Assembly (NCBI GenBank): GCA_036562755.1
Contig: DATCJN010000026.1
Span: forward strand, 3,339-67,338
DNA length: 64,000 nt
Origin: Clostridia bacterium
GTDB lineage: Bacteria > Bacillota > Clostridia > Christensenellales > DUVY01
Reading direction: 5' to 3'
Positions 56,090 through 64,000 of the stretch are shown one piece after another. How positions within the stretch are numbered: position 1 is the first letter of the stretch; each line of letters opens with the position of its first letter. The position numbers were made by a program, and so were the translations under genes. The notes beneath the pieces were generated by a model. The model had not been told where the DNA came from and ran no database searches. It saw only the letters and a program-made list of their open reading frames with translations.

Positions 56090-57363
56090 CGGAAGCGCTA
56101 AAAGTGATTGATAGTATCTCTATCGTAATGACTGTAATTTTACTGCTGTTAAGCTCTCATATGTTGGTTTATTTCTTTGTTTCGGTTTTTTTGCCGCCCA
56201 AAAAATATAAAAAGGCGGATAAATTTTTCAGATACGGCGTAATTATACCCGCCAGAAACGAGCAAAAAGTAATAGCTCAGTTAATAGACAGCATAAAAAA
56301 GCAAAATTACCCGTCCCACCTTATAGATGTTTTTGTAGTCGCCGATAACTGCACGGACAACACCGCCAAAGTAGCCAAGGAAGCCGGCGCAATCGTTTAT
56401 GAGCGTTTTGACAATGTGAAGAAAGGCAAGGGCTACGCCTTAGACTATGTGCTCAAGAAAATTTTCGAGGACTATAAGAACAAAGATTACAAAGGCTTTT
56501 TCTTTTTTGACGCGGACAACCTCTTGACCGAGGATTTTATAGATAAAATGAACGACGCGATTGCCGAAGGTCATAAAATTGTTACCGGCTATCGCTCGCC
56601 CAAAAATTACGGCGAAAACTGGATAGCGGCGGGCAGCGGAATGATTTATCTTGAGCAGTCCAGGATTGAGCACCGCGCGCGCACCAAGCTAAACACCTCA
56701 ACCCATATAAGCGGAACGGGCTTCTTTGTCGATTACCAGATCCTAAAAGACGAAGGCGGTTGGCCGTATAAAACTTTAACCGAGGACTTGGAGTTCTCTC
56801 ACGCCAAAGTGTTAAGCGGCTATAAAATCGTTCAATGCTACGACGCTATTTTTTATGACGAACAGCCATCCAGCCTAAAAGACATGTTTAACCAAAGAGT
56901 CCGTTGGGTTAGGGGCAACTACAAATGCATGAGCTTGTTCAGCTTAAAATATTTAAAGACCTTTTTAACTACGGGACAGCTTGCCGCGCATGACCTTAAC
57001 TTCGTATTGCTGCCCATTCCCATAATTACTTTTACCTGGGGAATAGGCTCGTCAATTGCTCAAATAATAATGGCTATTATTTCGCCCGATATCCTGTTGG
57101 GCGACATTATAATTAAATTCGTCATTATCTTGGCGGTCTTTTACGCGATTTTGTTCTTTATAGCCTTGACGGTTACTATACTCGAATGGGACAGAATAAT
57201 CGCGCCTAACAATAAAAAAATATTATACGCCTTTACGTTCCCCATCAATATGGCGTCTTATGTAATAATAGTATATAGAGCTTTATTTAAGGTAAAGAAT
57301 TGGAAACCTATAAACCGTTCCAGCACGGATACCATTGATTCTTTAAAAGCTAAGGCAAAATAA
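56086..57363 (+). CDS. Membrane-embedded processive family-2 glycosyltransferase (synthase type)
   Basis: An N-terminal TM helix, a GT2 domain with DAD, TED and QRVRW motifs, and C-terminal TM helices. Its start overlaps the upstream stop (ATGA at 56086-56089). Confidence 0.8.
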   Translation: MTEALKVIDSISIVMTVILLLLSSHMLVYFFVSVFLPPKKYKKADKFFRYGVIIPARNEQKVIAQLIDSIKKQNYPSHLIDVFVVADNCTDNTAKVAKEAGAIVYERFDNVKKGKGYALDYVLKKIFEDYKNKDYKGFFFFDADNLLTEDFIDKMNDAIAEGHKIVTGYRSPKNYGENWIAAGSGMIYLEQSRIEHRARTKLNTSTHISGTGFFVDYQILKDEGGWPYKTLTEDLEFSHAKVLSGYKIVQCYDAIFYDEQPSSLKDMFNQRVRWVRGNYKCMSLFSLKYLKTFLTTGQLAAHDLNFVLLPIPIITFTWGIGSSIAQIIMAIISPDILLGDIIIKFVIILAVFYAILFFIALTVTILEWDRIIAPNNKKILYAFTFPINMASYVIIVYRALFKVKNWKPINRSSTDTIDSLKAKAK

Positions 57364-58839
57364 CTATCTTTCTGTTAATTCTTTTATAACTTTAGGAATA
57401 TTGTCTATTATGTCGCTCGCCAAAACGCTGTAAGAGCCTTTAAGGCTCTCGGCTTTTTGCGCCGCGAGTCCGCAAATGTAACAAGCGGCAAAGCAAGCGT
57501 CCAGCGGCGGCAAGACTTTTTGAAGCGCGCCCATGCAGCCCGCCAAACAATCGCCGCTTCCGCCCTTGGCTTGAGCGGGCGTGCCGGTGATATTAATCAA
57601 TACTTTTTCTCCGTCCGTTATCACAGTGGCGTTGCTCTTTAATACCGTGATTACGCCGTAATCTTGAGAGAACTTTTTGGCCAAAGCTATGGAGTCGCGC
57701 TTGACTTCGTCTATTGAGATATTTATTAACCTAGCGAATTCTCCAATATGAGGGGTTAAGATAACGCGGCAGTTTGTATCTTTTAGGCTTTCTAAATTCA
57801 GGCTGTTAATTCCGTCGGCGTCGATTATAACCGTCAAAGAGTATTTTTTTAGGACATAATCTATAATCTTGCCAACCTCGTCGCTCTTTCCAAGCCCCAT
57901 TCCTATAATCAAAACATCGGCTTTGTTAAGCAAGCCGTCTATCTCATCTTTGACAAATACTACTTTGCCGTCGGAATCGGACAAAAAATAGAGCATGCTT
58001 TCGGTCACCCTAGGCATATATGCGCATTTTACGGAATCGGGCACGGCTAGAGTAACCAATCCGGCTCCACTAGTTAAGGCGGCGTTTGCCGCGCTTAGCC
58101 CTAAATACGCCGCGCCGCACATATTGGCGCTTCCGGCAATAATCTTGATGTTCGCAAAGTCGCCCTTATGCGAACTTTTCTTGCGCTTGGGCAAGCAGAT
58201 TTTTTCGGGAACTAACACATAATCGCCTTCGGGGATAAAAGCGCCTATATCGTCTAAAATTATTTCGCCGCAATTATCAGGGCCTTGGTGTAAAAAATGG
58301 CCTAATTTATAGCCAACAAATGTTACCGTCAGATCCGCCCTAACGCAAATTCCCTCGACCAAACCGTTGTCCGAATTAAGCCCGCTAGGAATATCCGCGC
58401 TGATGACAAAGGCGCCGCTGTCGTTAATGGCCTGAATTATCTCTTTTAACCGGCCTGCGACTTCTTTTTTTAAACCTGTGCCCAAAATAGCGTCGATAAT
58501 TATGTCGTATGTAGAAAAATTTATTTCAAAGTCTTTATATATCTTAATCTTGGTATTTTGAAGCTTTTCAAAATAGTATTTGGCCGCTTGGCTTTTAACC
58601 TCGCCCGTCAAAAACACGTCTGCTTCTAAGGCGTCCGCCAAAATACCCGCGCAAGCCAGACCGTCCCCGCCGTTGTTGCCGCCGCCGCAAACAATCGCTA
58701 TCTTTTTTTTATTTAACTTTAGCGCCGCTTGCGCCAGAGCCTTGCCTGCTCTGCCCATAAGGGTAACGGTATCGACTTTTAAGACTTCTTCGTTATACTT
58801 GTCAATATAATTCATCTGCTGGGACGAATATAAGAACAT
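57364..58839 (-). CDS. nnr: Bifunctional NAD(P)H-hydrate repair enzyme (epimerase/ADP-dependent dehydratase)
   Basis: YjeF_N motif GGGNNGGDG and the C-terminal kinase-fold motif GSGDCLAG. Confidence 0.9.
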   Translation of the reverse strand: MFLYSSQQMNYIDKYNEEVLKVDTVTLMGRAGKALAQAALKLNKKKIAIVCGGGNNGGDGLACAGILADALEADVFLTGEVKSQAAKYYFEKLQNTKIKIYKDFEINFSTYDIIIDAILGTGLKKEVAGRLKEIIQAINDSGAFVISADIPSGLNSDNGLVEGICVRADLTVTFVGYKLGHFLHQGPDNCGEIILDDIGAFIPEGDYVLVPEKICLPKRKKSSHKGDFANIKIIAGSANMCGAAYLGLSAANAALTSGAGLVTLAVPDSVKCAYMPRVTESMLYFLSDSDGKVVFVKDEIDGLLNKADVLIIGMGLGKSDEVGKIIDYVLKKYSLTVIIDADGINSLNLESLKDTNCRVILTPHIGEFARLINISIDEVKRDSIALAKKFSQDYGVITVLKSNATVITDGEKVLINITGTPAQAKGGSGDCLAGCMGALQKVLPPLDACFAACYICGLAAQKAESLKGSYSVLASDIIDNIPKVIKELTER

Positions 58840-58849
58840 ATTAAAACCT

Positions 58850-59200
58850 CTATTTAATCAAGCACACCGCAACGGCGTAATTTTGGCTGTGCGAAATGCT
58901 TACTTCGACAGTCCTGTCTTTTAGCAATTCTTTAGCCTTGCCCAAAAATACAAGATACGGGCTTCCAGACGGGGCGTGCCTTATCTCCAAATCATGCAAC
59001 CCTATGCCGTTAAAGCCCGTTTGCAAAGCTTTGACCGCGGCTTCTTTTGCGCAAAAAAAGCCCGCTAAAGTTTGGATTTTTCGGCCGTTTTTTTCGTAAT
59101 ATTCCCTCTCGTATTGGGTAAAGGCCTTTCGATAAAAAGATTTAGTGCGCTCAAGCGCGGTTTTTATTCTGTCTATTTCTATTATATCGATTCCTATCAT
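58850..59200 (-). CDS. acpS: Holo-[acyl-carrier-protein] synthase
   Basis: MIGIDIIEIDRIK... and a length of 116 aa. Confidence 0.9.
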   Translation of the reverse strand: MIGIDIIEIDRIKTALERTKSFYRKAFTQYEREYYEKNGRKIQTLAGFFCAKEAAVKALQTGFNGIGLHDLEIRHAPSGSPYLVFLGKAKELLKDRTVEVSISHSQNYAVAVCLIK

Positions 59201-60093
59201 TTTATCTGAGGTTTTACTGCGTTTAAAACGGCAAGTCTTACCGCTTCAGTCGCGCCGACTAAAATGCTATTAAATTCCGCCTTTTTATCTCCTACGCTTG
59301 CCGCAAACATGGTGTCGCCGTCCAGCATGGTGTGCACGGGTCTGATGGACAGCGCCAGCCCGTCATGAGCGACGGCCGCCATTTTGTTAACCTGTTCTTT
59401 GTCCAAAGCGGCATCGGTAAAGACTACGCCGATAGTGGTGTTGGTTCCGCTTTGGCTTTGAAACATACTTAGGTCGTTATTTAATATATAACTGGTCGTG
59501 TCCAAAAACTCGCCAAGGCTTAGCTTTGCGCCCGCCAAGATTCTGCCGTTATGGCAGTCGAATATATCGCCAAAAGCGTTGACCGCCACTAAAGCGCAAA
59601 CCTCGGCTTGTCCTATCTTGACGCTGGCGTATCCGACGCCGCCCCAGCTTGAATTAAACAAGCCCAAGATTTTTCCCACTGTCGCGCCCTTGCCCGCGCC
59701 TACGCGGCCGCATTGACAATTGTCTTCTTTTGCGTTTTTGCACGCAGTGTATCCCATCTCGCTGTCGGGATAGTGCAGTTTCCCGTCGTTTAAATCGTAT
59801 AAAATAGCGGCGCTGACTATGGGAACGATATGCTTGCCCGTATTAAAGCCCCAGCCTTTTTCGTGCAAAAATCTCATAACGCCGCCCGCGGCGTCCAAGC
59901 CGAAAGCGCTGCCGCCGGCAAGCATTACGGCGTTTATCTTTTTAACCGTATTGCCGCACCTTAACAGATCTGTCTCGCGAGTGCCGGGCGCGCTGCCGCG
60001 CACGTCCACGCCCGCTACCGCGCCTTGCGGAAAGATTACCACGGAAACTCCTGTATAATCGTTGTTGCAATGGCCAATCAAAACATTTTCCAT
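59197..60093 (-). CDS. P1/S58-family (DmpA-like) aminopeptidase
   Basis: GVSVVIFPQGAVAGVDVRGSAPGTRETDLL is typical of peptidase family S58. The gene overlaps the acpS start by 4 nt. Confidence 0.8.
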   Translation of the reverse strand: MENVLIGHCNNDYTGVSVVIFPQGAVAGVDVRGSAPGTRETDLLRCGNTVKKINAVMLAGGSAFGLDAAGGVMRFLHEKGWGFNTGKHIVPIVSAAILYDLNDGKLHYPDSEMGYTACKNAKEDNCQCGRVGAGKGATVGKILGLFNSSWGGVGYASVKIGQAEVCALVAVNAFGDIFDCHNGRILAGAKLSLGEFLDTTSYILNNDLSMFQSQSGTNTTIGVVFTDAALDKEQVNKMAAVAHDGLALSIRPVHTMLDGDTMFAASVGDKKAEFNSILVGATEAVRLAVLNAVKPQIK

Positions 60094-60106
60094 AAACCAA
60101 CCGCCT

Positions 60107-61015
60107 TTAATTGAAATTGAAACTGACTTCGCCGCCTACGGCAATTTCGTCCTTGCCTTGACGGTTTATTATAAGCAATCCGTCCTCCGTCAAGCCGACC
60201 GCCCTTGCCTCAAAGACGGCATGGTCGTCTATTATGTTTATCTTTTTACCTATCATAGCACATTTTTTTGTATAATGCATTACAATATCCTGCGATAAGT
60301 AATAATCAAAATATCGAACTACATTTTTTATAATTTGCGCTCTGTCCAGCCTTTGTTCTTTTAGTTTAGCCAAAGAAGTAGCTTTTTCGGACAGTTCGGA
60401 AGGCAGTTCGTTGTTTACATTAATGCCTATCCCTGCAATTGCCCATTGTAGAGTATCCACGTCCGCCAAAGTTTCGGTTAAAATTCCGCAAACCTTCTTG
60501 CCGTGGATATAAATATCGTTGGGGTATTTCAAATATGGCTCAAAGCCTAAATCTCTTAACGCGTCAAACACCGCAAGCCCCGCCGCGAGATTGATAAGCA
60601 TACACTGTCTGGGGCTAAACGAGGGCTTGATAATATAAGACATATATATCCCGCCAAAATCAGAAACAAAACCTCTTTGCCGTCTGCCGCGCCCTTTGCT
60701 CTGAGCGGCCGCGACAACCAATTCAACGCTATCGGCCAGCTTTCGCGCTTCCAAATTGGTTGATTCGCAGTTTTCAAAAAACTTCGTCTTTTTTTGGGTT
60801 ATTGATGAAATTATATCCCCGTCAAGACAGTCGTTTAGGCTTATAAGCTTATGGCCGTTTTTGGATACGCTTACTATTTCCAGCCCTTTTTCTTTTAAGT
60901 CCGAAATAGCTTTAGAGACAGCAGCGCGGCTTACGCCTACCAAAGAGCCAATATGCTCGCCCGAGACAAATTCGCCCATATTTTCATATAAAATCTTAAA
61001 AACCTTGTTCGTCAT
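60107..61015 (-). CDS. birA: Bifunctional biotin--[acetyl-CoA-carboxylase] ligase / biotin operon repressor
   Basis: An N-terminal HTH, GRGRRQRGF and KYPNDIYIHGKKVCGILTE. The track start at 61027 is a TTG. I prefer the ATG at 61013-61015. Confidence 0.9.
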   Translation of the reverse strand: MTNKVFKILYENMGEFVSGEHIGSLVGVSRAAVSKAISDLKEKGLEIVSVSKNGHKLISLNDCLDGDIISSITQKKTKFFENCESTNLEARKLADSVELVVAAAQSKGRGRRQRGFVSDFGGIYMSYIIKPSFSPRQCMLINLAAGLAVFDALRDLGFEPYLKYPNDIYIHGKKVCGILTETLADVDTLQWAIAGIGINVNNELPSELSEKATSLAKLKEQRLDRAQIIKNVVRYFDYYLSQDIVMHYTKKCAMIGKKINIIDDHAVFEARAVGLTEDGLLIINRQGKDEIAVGGEVSFNFN

Positions 61016-61631
61016 CTTGTCCGCCAAACAGTTCGTTGATAATGCCTATATAATCGTCCCATTCAAAGCCGTGCGCGTATAAATAATTGGCAAGATTTTT
61101 TTTGAGTTTTATATCCAGCGTCTTGCCCTTGATATATTTTTGAGCTAATCTTCTGATTGTCTGTTGTTCTTCTTCTTTGGATACGGTCTTTAGGGCTTCG
61201 TCTAGTATATAATCGCCGATGCCCCTTTGTCTTAACTCGGCGTAAATCTTTTTTTTGCCGCTTGAGGCCTTTTTGTCATTAATATAAGCCTGCGCGTATT
61301 CTTTGTCGTTTATGTAGTTATAACTTTTGAGCTTATCTATTACGACATCCACAACATCGTCTGAATAACCTTTTTCCAATAAATATTTTTTTAATTCGTA
61401 TTTTGTCTTTAGCGTCTTGGACAACAGCTTTATGGATTTTGCAAAAGCGCTTTCTATATCGCTCTCTCTGGACAGCTCCCGCAGCCGCTCCAAAGATATT
61501 TCGGTTCCCACCTTGAGACGGTTTTCTATCGCGACAATTGCCTCCATGCCGCAAGCAAACTCGCCGTCCAGGTATATATTGACGCGCGATTTGTTTCTTT
61601 TTTGAACTGAAATATCGGTAATGATAGACAT
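60996..61631 (-). CDS. recX: Recombination regulator RecX
   Basis: NIYLDGEFACG... followed by three helical repeats typical of RecX. Confidence 0.85.
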   Translation of the reverse strand: MSIITDISVQKRNKSRVNIYLDGEFACGMEAIVAIENRLKVGTEISLERLRELSRESDIESAFAKSIKLLSKTLKTKYELKKYLLEKGYSDDVVDVVIDKLKSYNYINDKEYAQAYINDKKASSGKKKIYAELRQRGIGDYILDEALKTVSKEEEQQTIRRLAQKYIKGKTLDIKLKKNLANYLYAHGFEWDDYIGIINELFGGQDDEQGF

Positions 61632-61767
61632 AATTATTATCTAAATAATACCACATAAAAATCTCTTGGGCAAACCTAAAATTTTAACGCAAGAATTGGC
61701 CATATCGTAAGAATATTTTTTTCTAAAATACTTATACTAAAAACCGTAAATATAAGGAGGTATAAAT

Positions 61768-61965
61768 ATGGGTAAAAAACTTACATCCAAGGACTTGGAA
61801 GTTTTAAGCGAAATGATGCTGCTTGAGGATCTAGCCTATAAAAAGGCTACCGAATATAAGAGCAAGTTTAAAGACCAAGCTTTAAAAGACCAATGCGATG
61901 TTTTGGCCGAAAACCACAAGAACAGATTCACTCGCCTAAACGACTATTTGTCCAGCCATAACTAA
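61768..61965 (+). CDS. Small helical protein, paralogous to the adjacent CotF-like protein
   Basis: 65 aa with strong RBS AAGGAGG. Its pattern KDLEVLSEMMLLEDLAYKKA parallels KDMLQDLLVLEKDIVKAY of the next ORF. Confidence 0.6.
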   Translation: MGKKLTSKDLEVLSEMMLLEDLAYKKATEYKSKFKDQALKDQCDVLAENHKNRFTRLNDYLSSHN

Positions 61966-61980
61966 ATAGGAGGAAAGACT

Positions 61981-62250
61981 ATGAGTACTTTTAAAGAAAA
62001 AGATATGCTCCAAGATTTATTGGTGTTAGAAAAGGATATCGTAAAAGCTTACGGAAGCTATTTGGTAGAAGCTTCGTGCCCTAAACTAAGAGATGTTGTA
62101 TCCCAAAATCTTGAGGATACCGCAAACGACCAATTCGGAGTGTTTAACCAAATGCTGTCGCGCGGATACTATCCCGTAAAGGACGCCCCCGAACAAGAAG
62201 TAACCCAAGCTAAAGACAAATTCGGCGATATGCTTGGCATGATGAATTAA
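61981..62250 (+). CDS. Coat F-domain (CotF-like) spore coat protein
   Basis: EKDMLQDLLVLEKDIVKAYGSYLVEASCPKLRDVV...RGYY matches the Coat_F pattern. RBS AGGAGG. Confidence 0.7.
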   Translation: MSTFKEKDMLQDLLVLEKDIVKAYGSYLVEASCPKLRDVVSQNLEDTANDQFGVFNQMLSRGYYPVKDAPEQEVTQAKDKFGDMLGMMN

Positions 62251-62274
62251 AATATATAAAAATTAAATATCTCT

Positions 62275-62307
62275 TAAAAAAAGAACGATTTTTCGTTCTT
62301 TTTTTTA
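62275..62307 (+). terminator. Intrinsic terminator after the CotF-like pair
   Basis: AAGAACGA (62281-62288) / TCGTTCTT (62293-62300) followed by a long T-run. Confidence 0.8.
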
Positions 62308-62376
62308 TTGCCTTCGCAATATAGATAATATTAGACCGCTTTTTAAACGAAAAATTTCAATAACAGGTAAAAACCT

Positions 62377-62928
62377 TTGGACGCCAATTATTATTTTTTA
62401 AGCGTTAAAGACCCTGATTTTAGTGTATTCTTCAAGACCTTGACCAAAACCCAGCAGCGCGAGTTTGTTTGGTGGTTTGTTTACGAGCCGGGCAAACCCA
62501 AAAATAGTCTTTATATAAACAGACAGGACAATCGCGCGTTTTTTATAGAGTTTGTCAGACTATGCGAATTGTATAAACATAAGCTAAGCGTCGGGCTTAT
62601 GTTTAAAATGCTGGAGTTTGCCAAATTTAATTATTTTGACGATTACGCTTATGTTGAAGACAAACAAATAAAGCTCTTTTATTCCCTAAGAAATAATCCT
62701 ATAGCGCGCAGGATATGCAAAGATTTGTGTTACGAAAAAATACAAAAAGCCCAGAAAAAATCGGGCGTGTTTTTAAAGGTTTTGATAGCGCTGGAATCCG
62801 AAGATAATATTCAAGAGGCGATTAGTTTATGCCATAGGGCTTTGCAATTAGATTTGGACGCCTCTACTAAAGATAGCTTTTTAAAACTTCTTCAAAGATT
62901 AGAAACCAAAGCCCCTAAACAATCTTAG
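62377..62928 (+). CDS. Hypothetical protein (183 aa), no family recognised
   Basis: An ORF with a TTG start and no obvious RBS. The C-terminal third looks like a helical repeat (IQEAISLCHRALQLD). The coding call is tentative. Confidence 0.45.
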   Translation: MDANYYFLSVKDPDFSVFFKTLTKTQQREFVWWFVYEPGKPKNSLYINRQDNRAFFIEFVRLCELYKHKLSVGLMFKMLEFAKFNYFDDYAYVEDKQIKLFYSLRNNPIARRICKDLCYEKIQKAQKKSGVFLKVLIALESEDNIQEAISLCHRALQLDLDASTKDSFLKLLQRLETKAPKQS

Positions 62929-62935
62929 GGGCTTT
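62908..62935. terminator. Bidirectional hairpin containing the stop codons of both convergent genes
   Basis: Perfect 11-bp stem AAAGCCCCTAA (62908-62918) / TTAGGGGCTTT (62925-62935) with a 6-nt loop. Confidence 0.7.
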
Positions 62936-63577
62936 TGCTTCGCTAAATCCAAGATATTTTGCCAAGTATCTATTCAAAACATAATAAAGCGCGACCGTTA
63001 TTGCCAAGTTTGCGGTTATTACTATCGGCTGGAATATTATTCTGGGAAGAGGGCTGCCATACATTAATTGCGCCACATAGTTTTGAAACGGAGTTAATGT
63101 AGGGTTGTTAAACAAAACGGCAAGGCCTATTGTGTTTACTCCCAAAGTCGTTACAAACATGGAAATATAAGCGCCTATAATCAATCTAATTTCCGGCTTA
63201 AGTTTAGGGAACAATCTAAACACCACGCCTACCACAAAGCCGATTAAGCCGTTTCCTAAGGTCACTATTGGATTAGGCGTTCCGCCCTTTATAAAAAAGC
63301 CGATCAAATCGCCCATAGTTCCCACGGTAAAACCTACAAACGGGCCGAAAAAGGCGCCCGACAAAAAGCAGGGTATATAAAACAGGCTTACTTTGCCCGA
63401 AGGCAAGTCTATTCCAAACATCTTTAGCACGATAGCCAAAGCTATAAGGATCGCCAAATACGTTACCCTTCTGGTAGAATCTAATCGAAAAATTCGCGCT
63501 ATTGTCTTTTCGGGCTTTTGCTCTTGGTTGTTTTCGCTAGGATTAATCTGAATATCTTTTAGTTCGTCCAAGGGCAT
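62915..63577 (-). CDS. ECF transporter substrate-specific (S) component, folate-family-like
   Basis: Six TM segments. GAFFGPFVGFTVGTMGDLIGF is typical of ECF S components. It has a ~35-aa hydrophilic N-terminal extension. Confidence 0.65.
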   Translation of the reverse strand: MPLDELKDIQINPSENNQEQKPEKTIARIFRLDSTRRVTYLAILIALAIVLKMFGIDLPSGKVSLFYIPCFLSGAFFGPFVGFTVGTMGDLIGFFIKGGTPNPIVTLGNGLIGFVVGVVFRLFPKLKPEIRLIIGAYISMFVTTLGVNTIGLAVLFNNPTLTPFQNYVAQLMYGSPLPRIIFQPIVITANLAITVALYYVLNRYLAKYLGFSEAKAPKIV

Positions 63578-63706
63578 TCTCTCCTTTTTATAAATTGTTT
63601 TGTATTTTCATACATTATAAGCTAATTTGTTTTTTTTATCAACGCATACGCATAGCTAACTCAGCTCAAAAGAATAAAATTCCAAAATTTTCCGCATATT
63701 AGAACT

Positions 63707-64000
63707 ATGTTTACCATAATCGTTCGTGTAGTAATTATTTTGTTTTTGGTCTTATTTGTAGTAAGAATGATGGGCAAACGCCAAATCGCCGAAATGCAGC
63801 CCATAGAATTGGTAATTACCTACATAATCGCGGAGGTGGCATGCGTGCCAATGTCCGACCCTTCCATACCGCTGCATTACGGAATGGTGCCGATTTTGAC
63901 ATTGTTTTTATTGCATTACCTAATTAACTTTCTATCCCGAAAATCCCTAAAGTTCAGGGCGCTGATCGACGGGCACAGCGTTATGGTAATAACCCCTAAC
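63707..64000 (+). CDS. DUF421 (YetF-like) membrane protein, N-terminal 98 codons (runs off the right edge)
   Basis: My translation from the ATG at 63707 gives MFTIIVRVVIILFLVLFVVRMMGKRQIAEMQPIELVITYIIAEVA..., which matches the DUF421 N-terminal pattern. It is absent from the ORF track because it has no stop in the window. Confidence 0.7.
   Translation, partial: MFTIIVRVVIILFLVLFVVRMMGKRQIAEMQPIELVITYIIAEVACVPMSDPSIPLHYGMVPILTLFLLHYLINFLSRKSLKFRALIDGHSVMVITPN

Noticed and set aside
61632-61767. CATATCGTA upstream of the CotF-like pair, considered as a sigma-K -10 element (CATAnnnTA)
   Set aside because: The -10-like match is there, but I cannot find an AC -35 element at the expected 16-17-nt spacing. 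It is too weak to annotate without transcript mapping.
63578-63706. Possible THF/folate-type riboswitch upstream of the ECF S-component gene; likewise a lysine riboswitch upstream of aspartate kinase (35279-35423)
   Set aside because: The leaders are only ~130-145 nt and very AT-rich, and part of each is occupied by a terminator or promoter of the neighbouring gene. I could not find the conserved core sequences or convincing multi-stem structures by eye. A covariance-model scan (Infernal/Rfam) would settle it.

Overview
This 64-kb window looks like ordinary chromosome from a moderate/low-GC, endospore-forming Firmicute (Clostridia-like; it encodes gpr, a SpoVB-like flippase and CotF-like coat proteins). 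I count about 60 protein-coding genes, mostly on the minus strand. I recognise no rRNA, tRNA, CRISPR array, transposase, integrase or phage genes. Layout: (1) partial hppA at 1-1138. (2) A ~14-kb, 11-gene, AraC-headed beta-1,4-galactan utilisation operon at 2.0-16.0 kb, with three GH53 galactanases, an ABC importer and several unassigned genes. (3) A ferritin-like / Ldh_2 / ArsR trio at 16.3-19.1 kb. (4) The conserved core block hslUV-trmFO-topA-dprA-comM-rplS at 19.3-28.0 kb. (5) pepF-like, DUF815 ATPase, PrsW-like protease, gpr, rpsT, aspartate kinase, DUF1015 and cdaA at 28-38 kb. (6) An M28 peptidase-holA-comEC block at 38-43.6 kb. (7) SpoVB-like flippase, cupin, clpX-clpP-tig, rqcH, glmM and uppP at 43.7-53 kb. 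(8) A small exopolysaccharide cluster at 53-57.4 kb (Wzz/BY-kinase pair, O-antigen-ligase-like protein, processive GT2). (9) nnr-acpS-S58 peptidase-birA-recX at 57.4-61.6 kb. (10) A CotF-like pair, an orphan ORF, an ECF S component and a partial DUF421 gene at 61.7-64 kb. I see no convincing defence island, mobile element or clearly new multi-gene system. The least explained content is: the 608-aa / 70-aa zinc-ribbon / IMPase-like trio inside the galactan operon, which lacks any recognisable beta-galactosidase; a flippase gene whose conserved first helix lies upstream of any canonical start codon (probable AUU start); a large ferritin-like di-iron-type protein; and a minimal synthase-plus-ligase-like EPS cluster. 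All functional calls come from by-eye motif and family recognition on the supplied translations and my own reading of the DNA. No searches were run.
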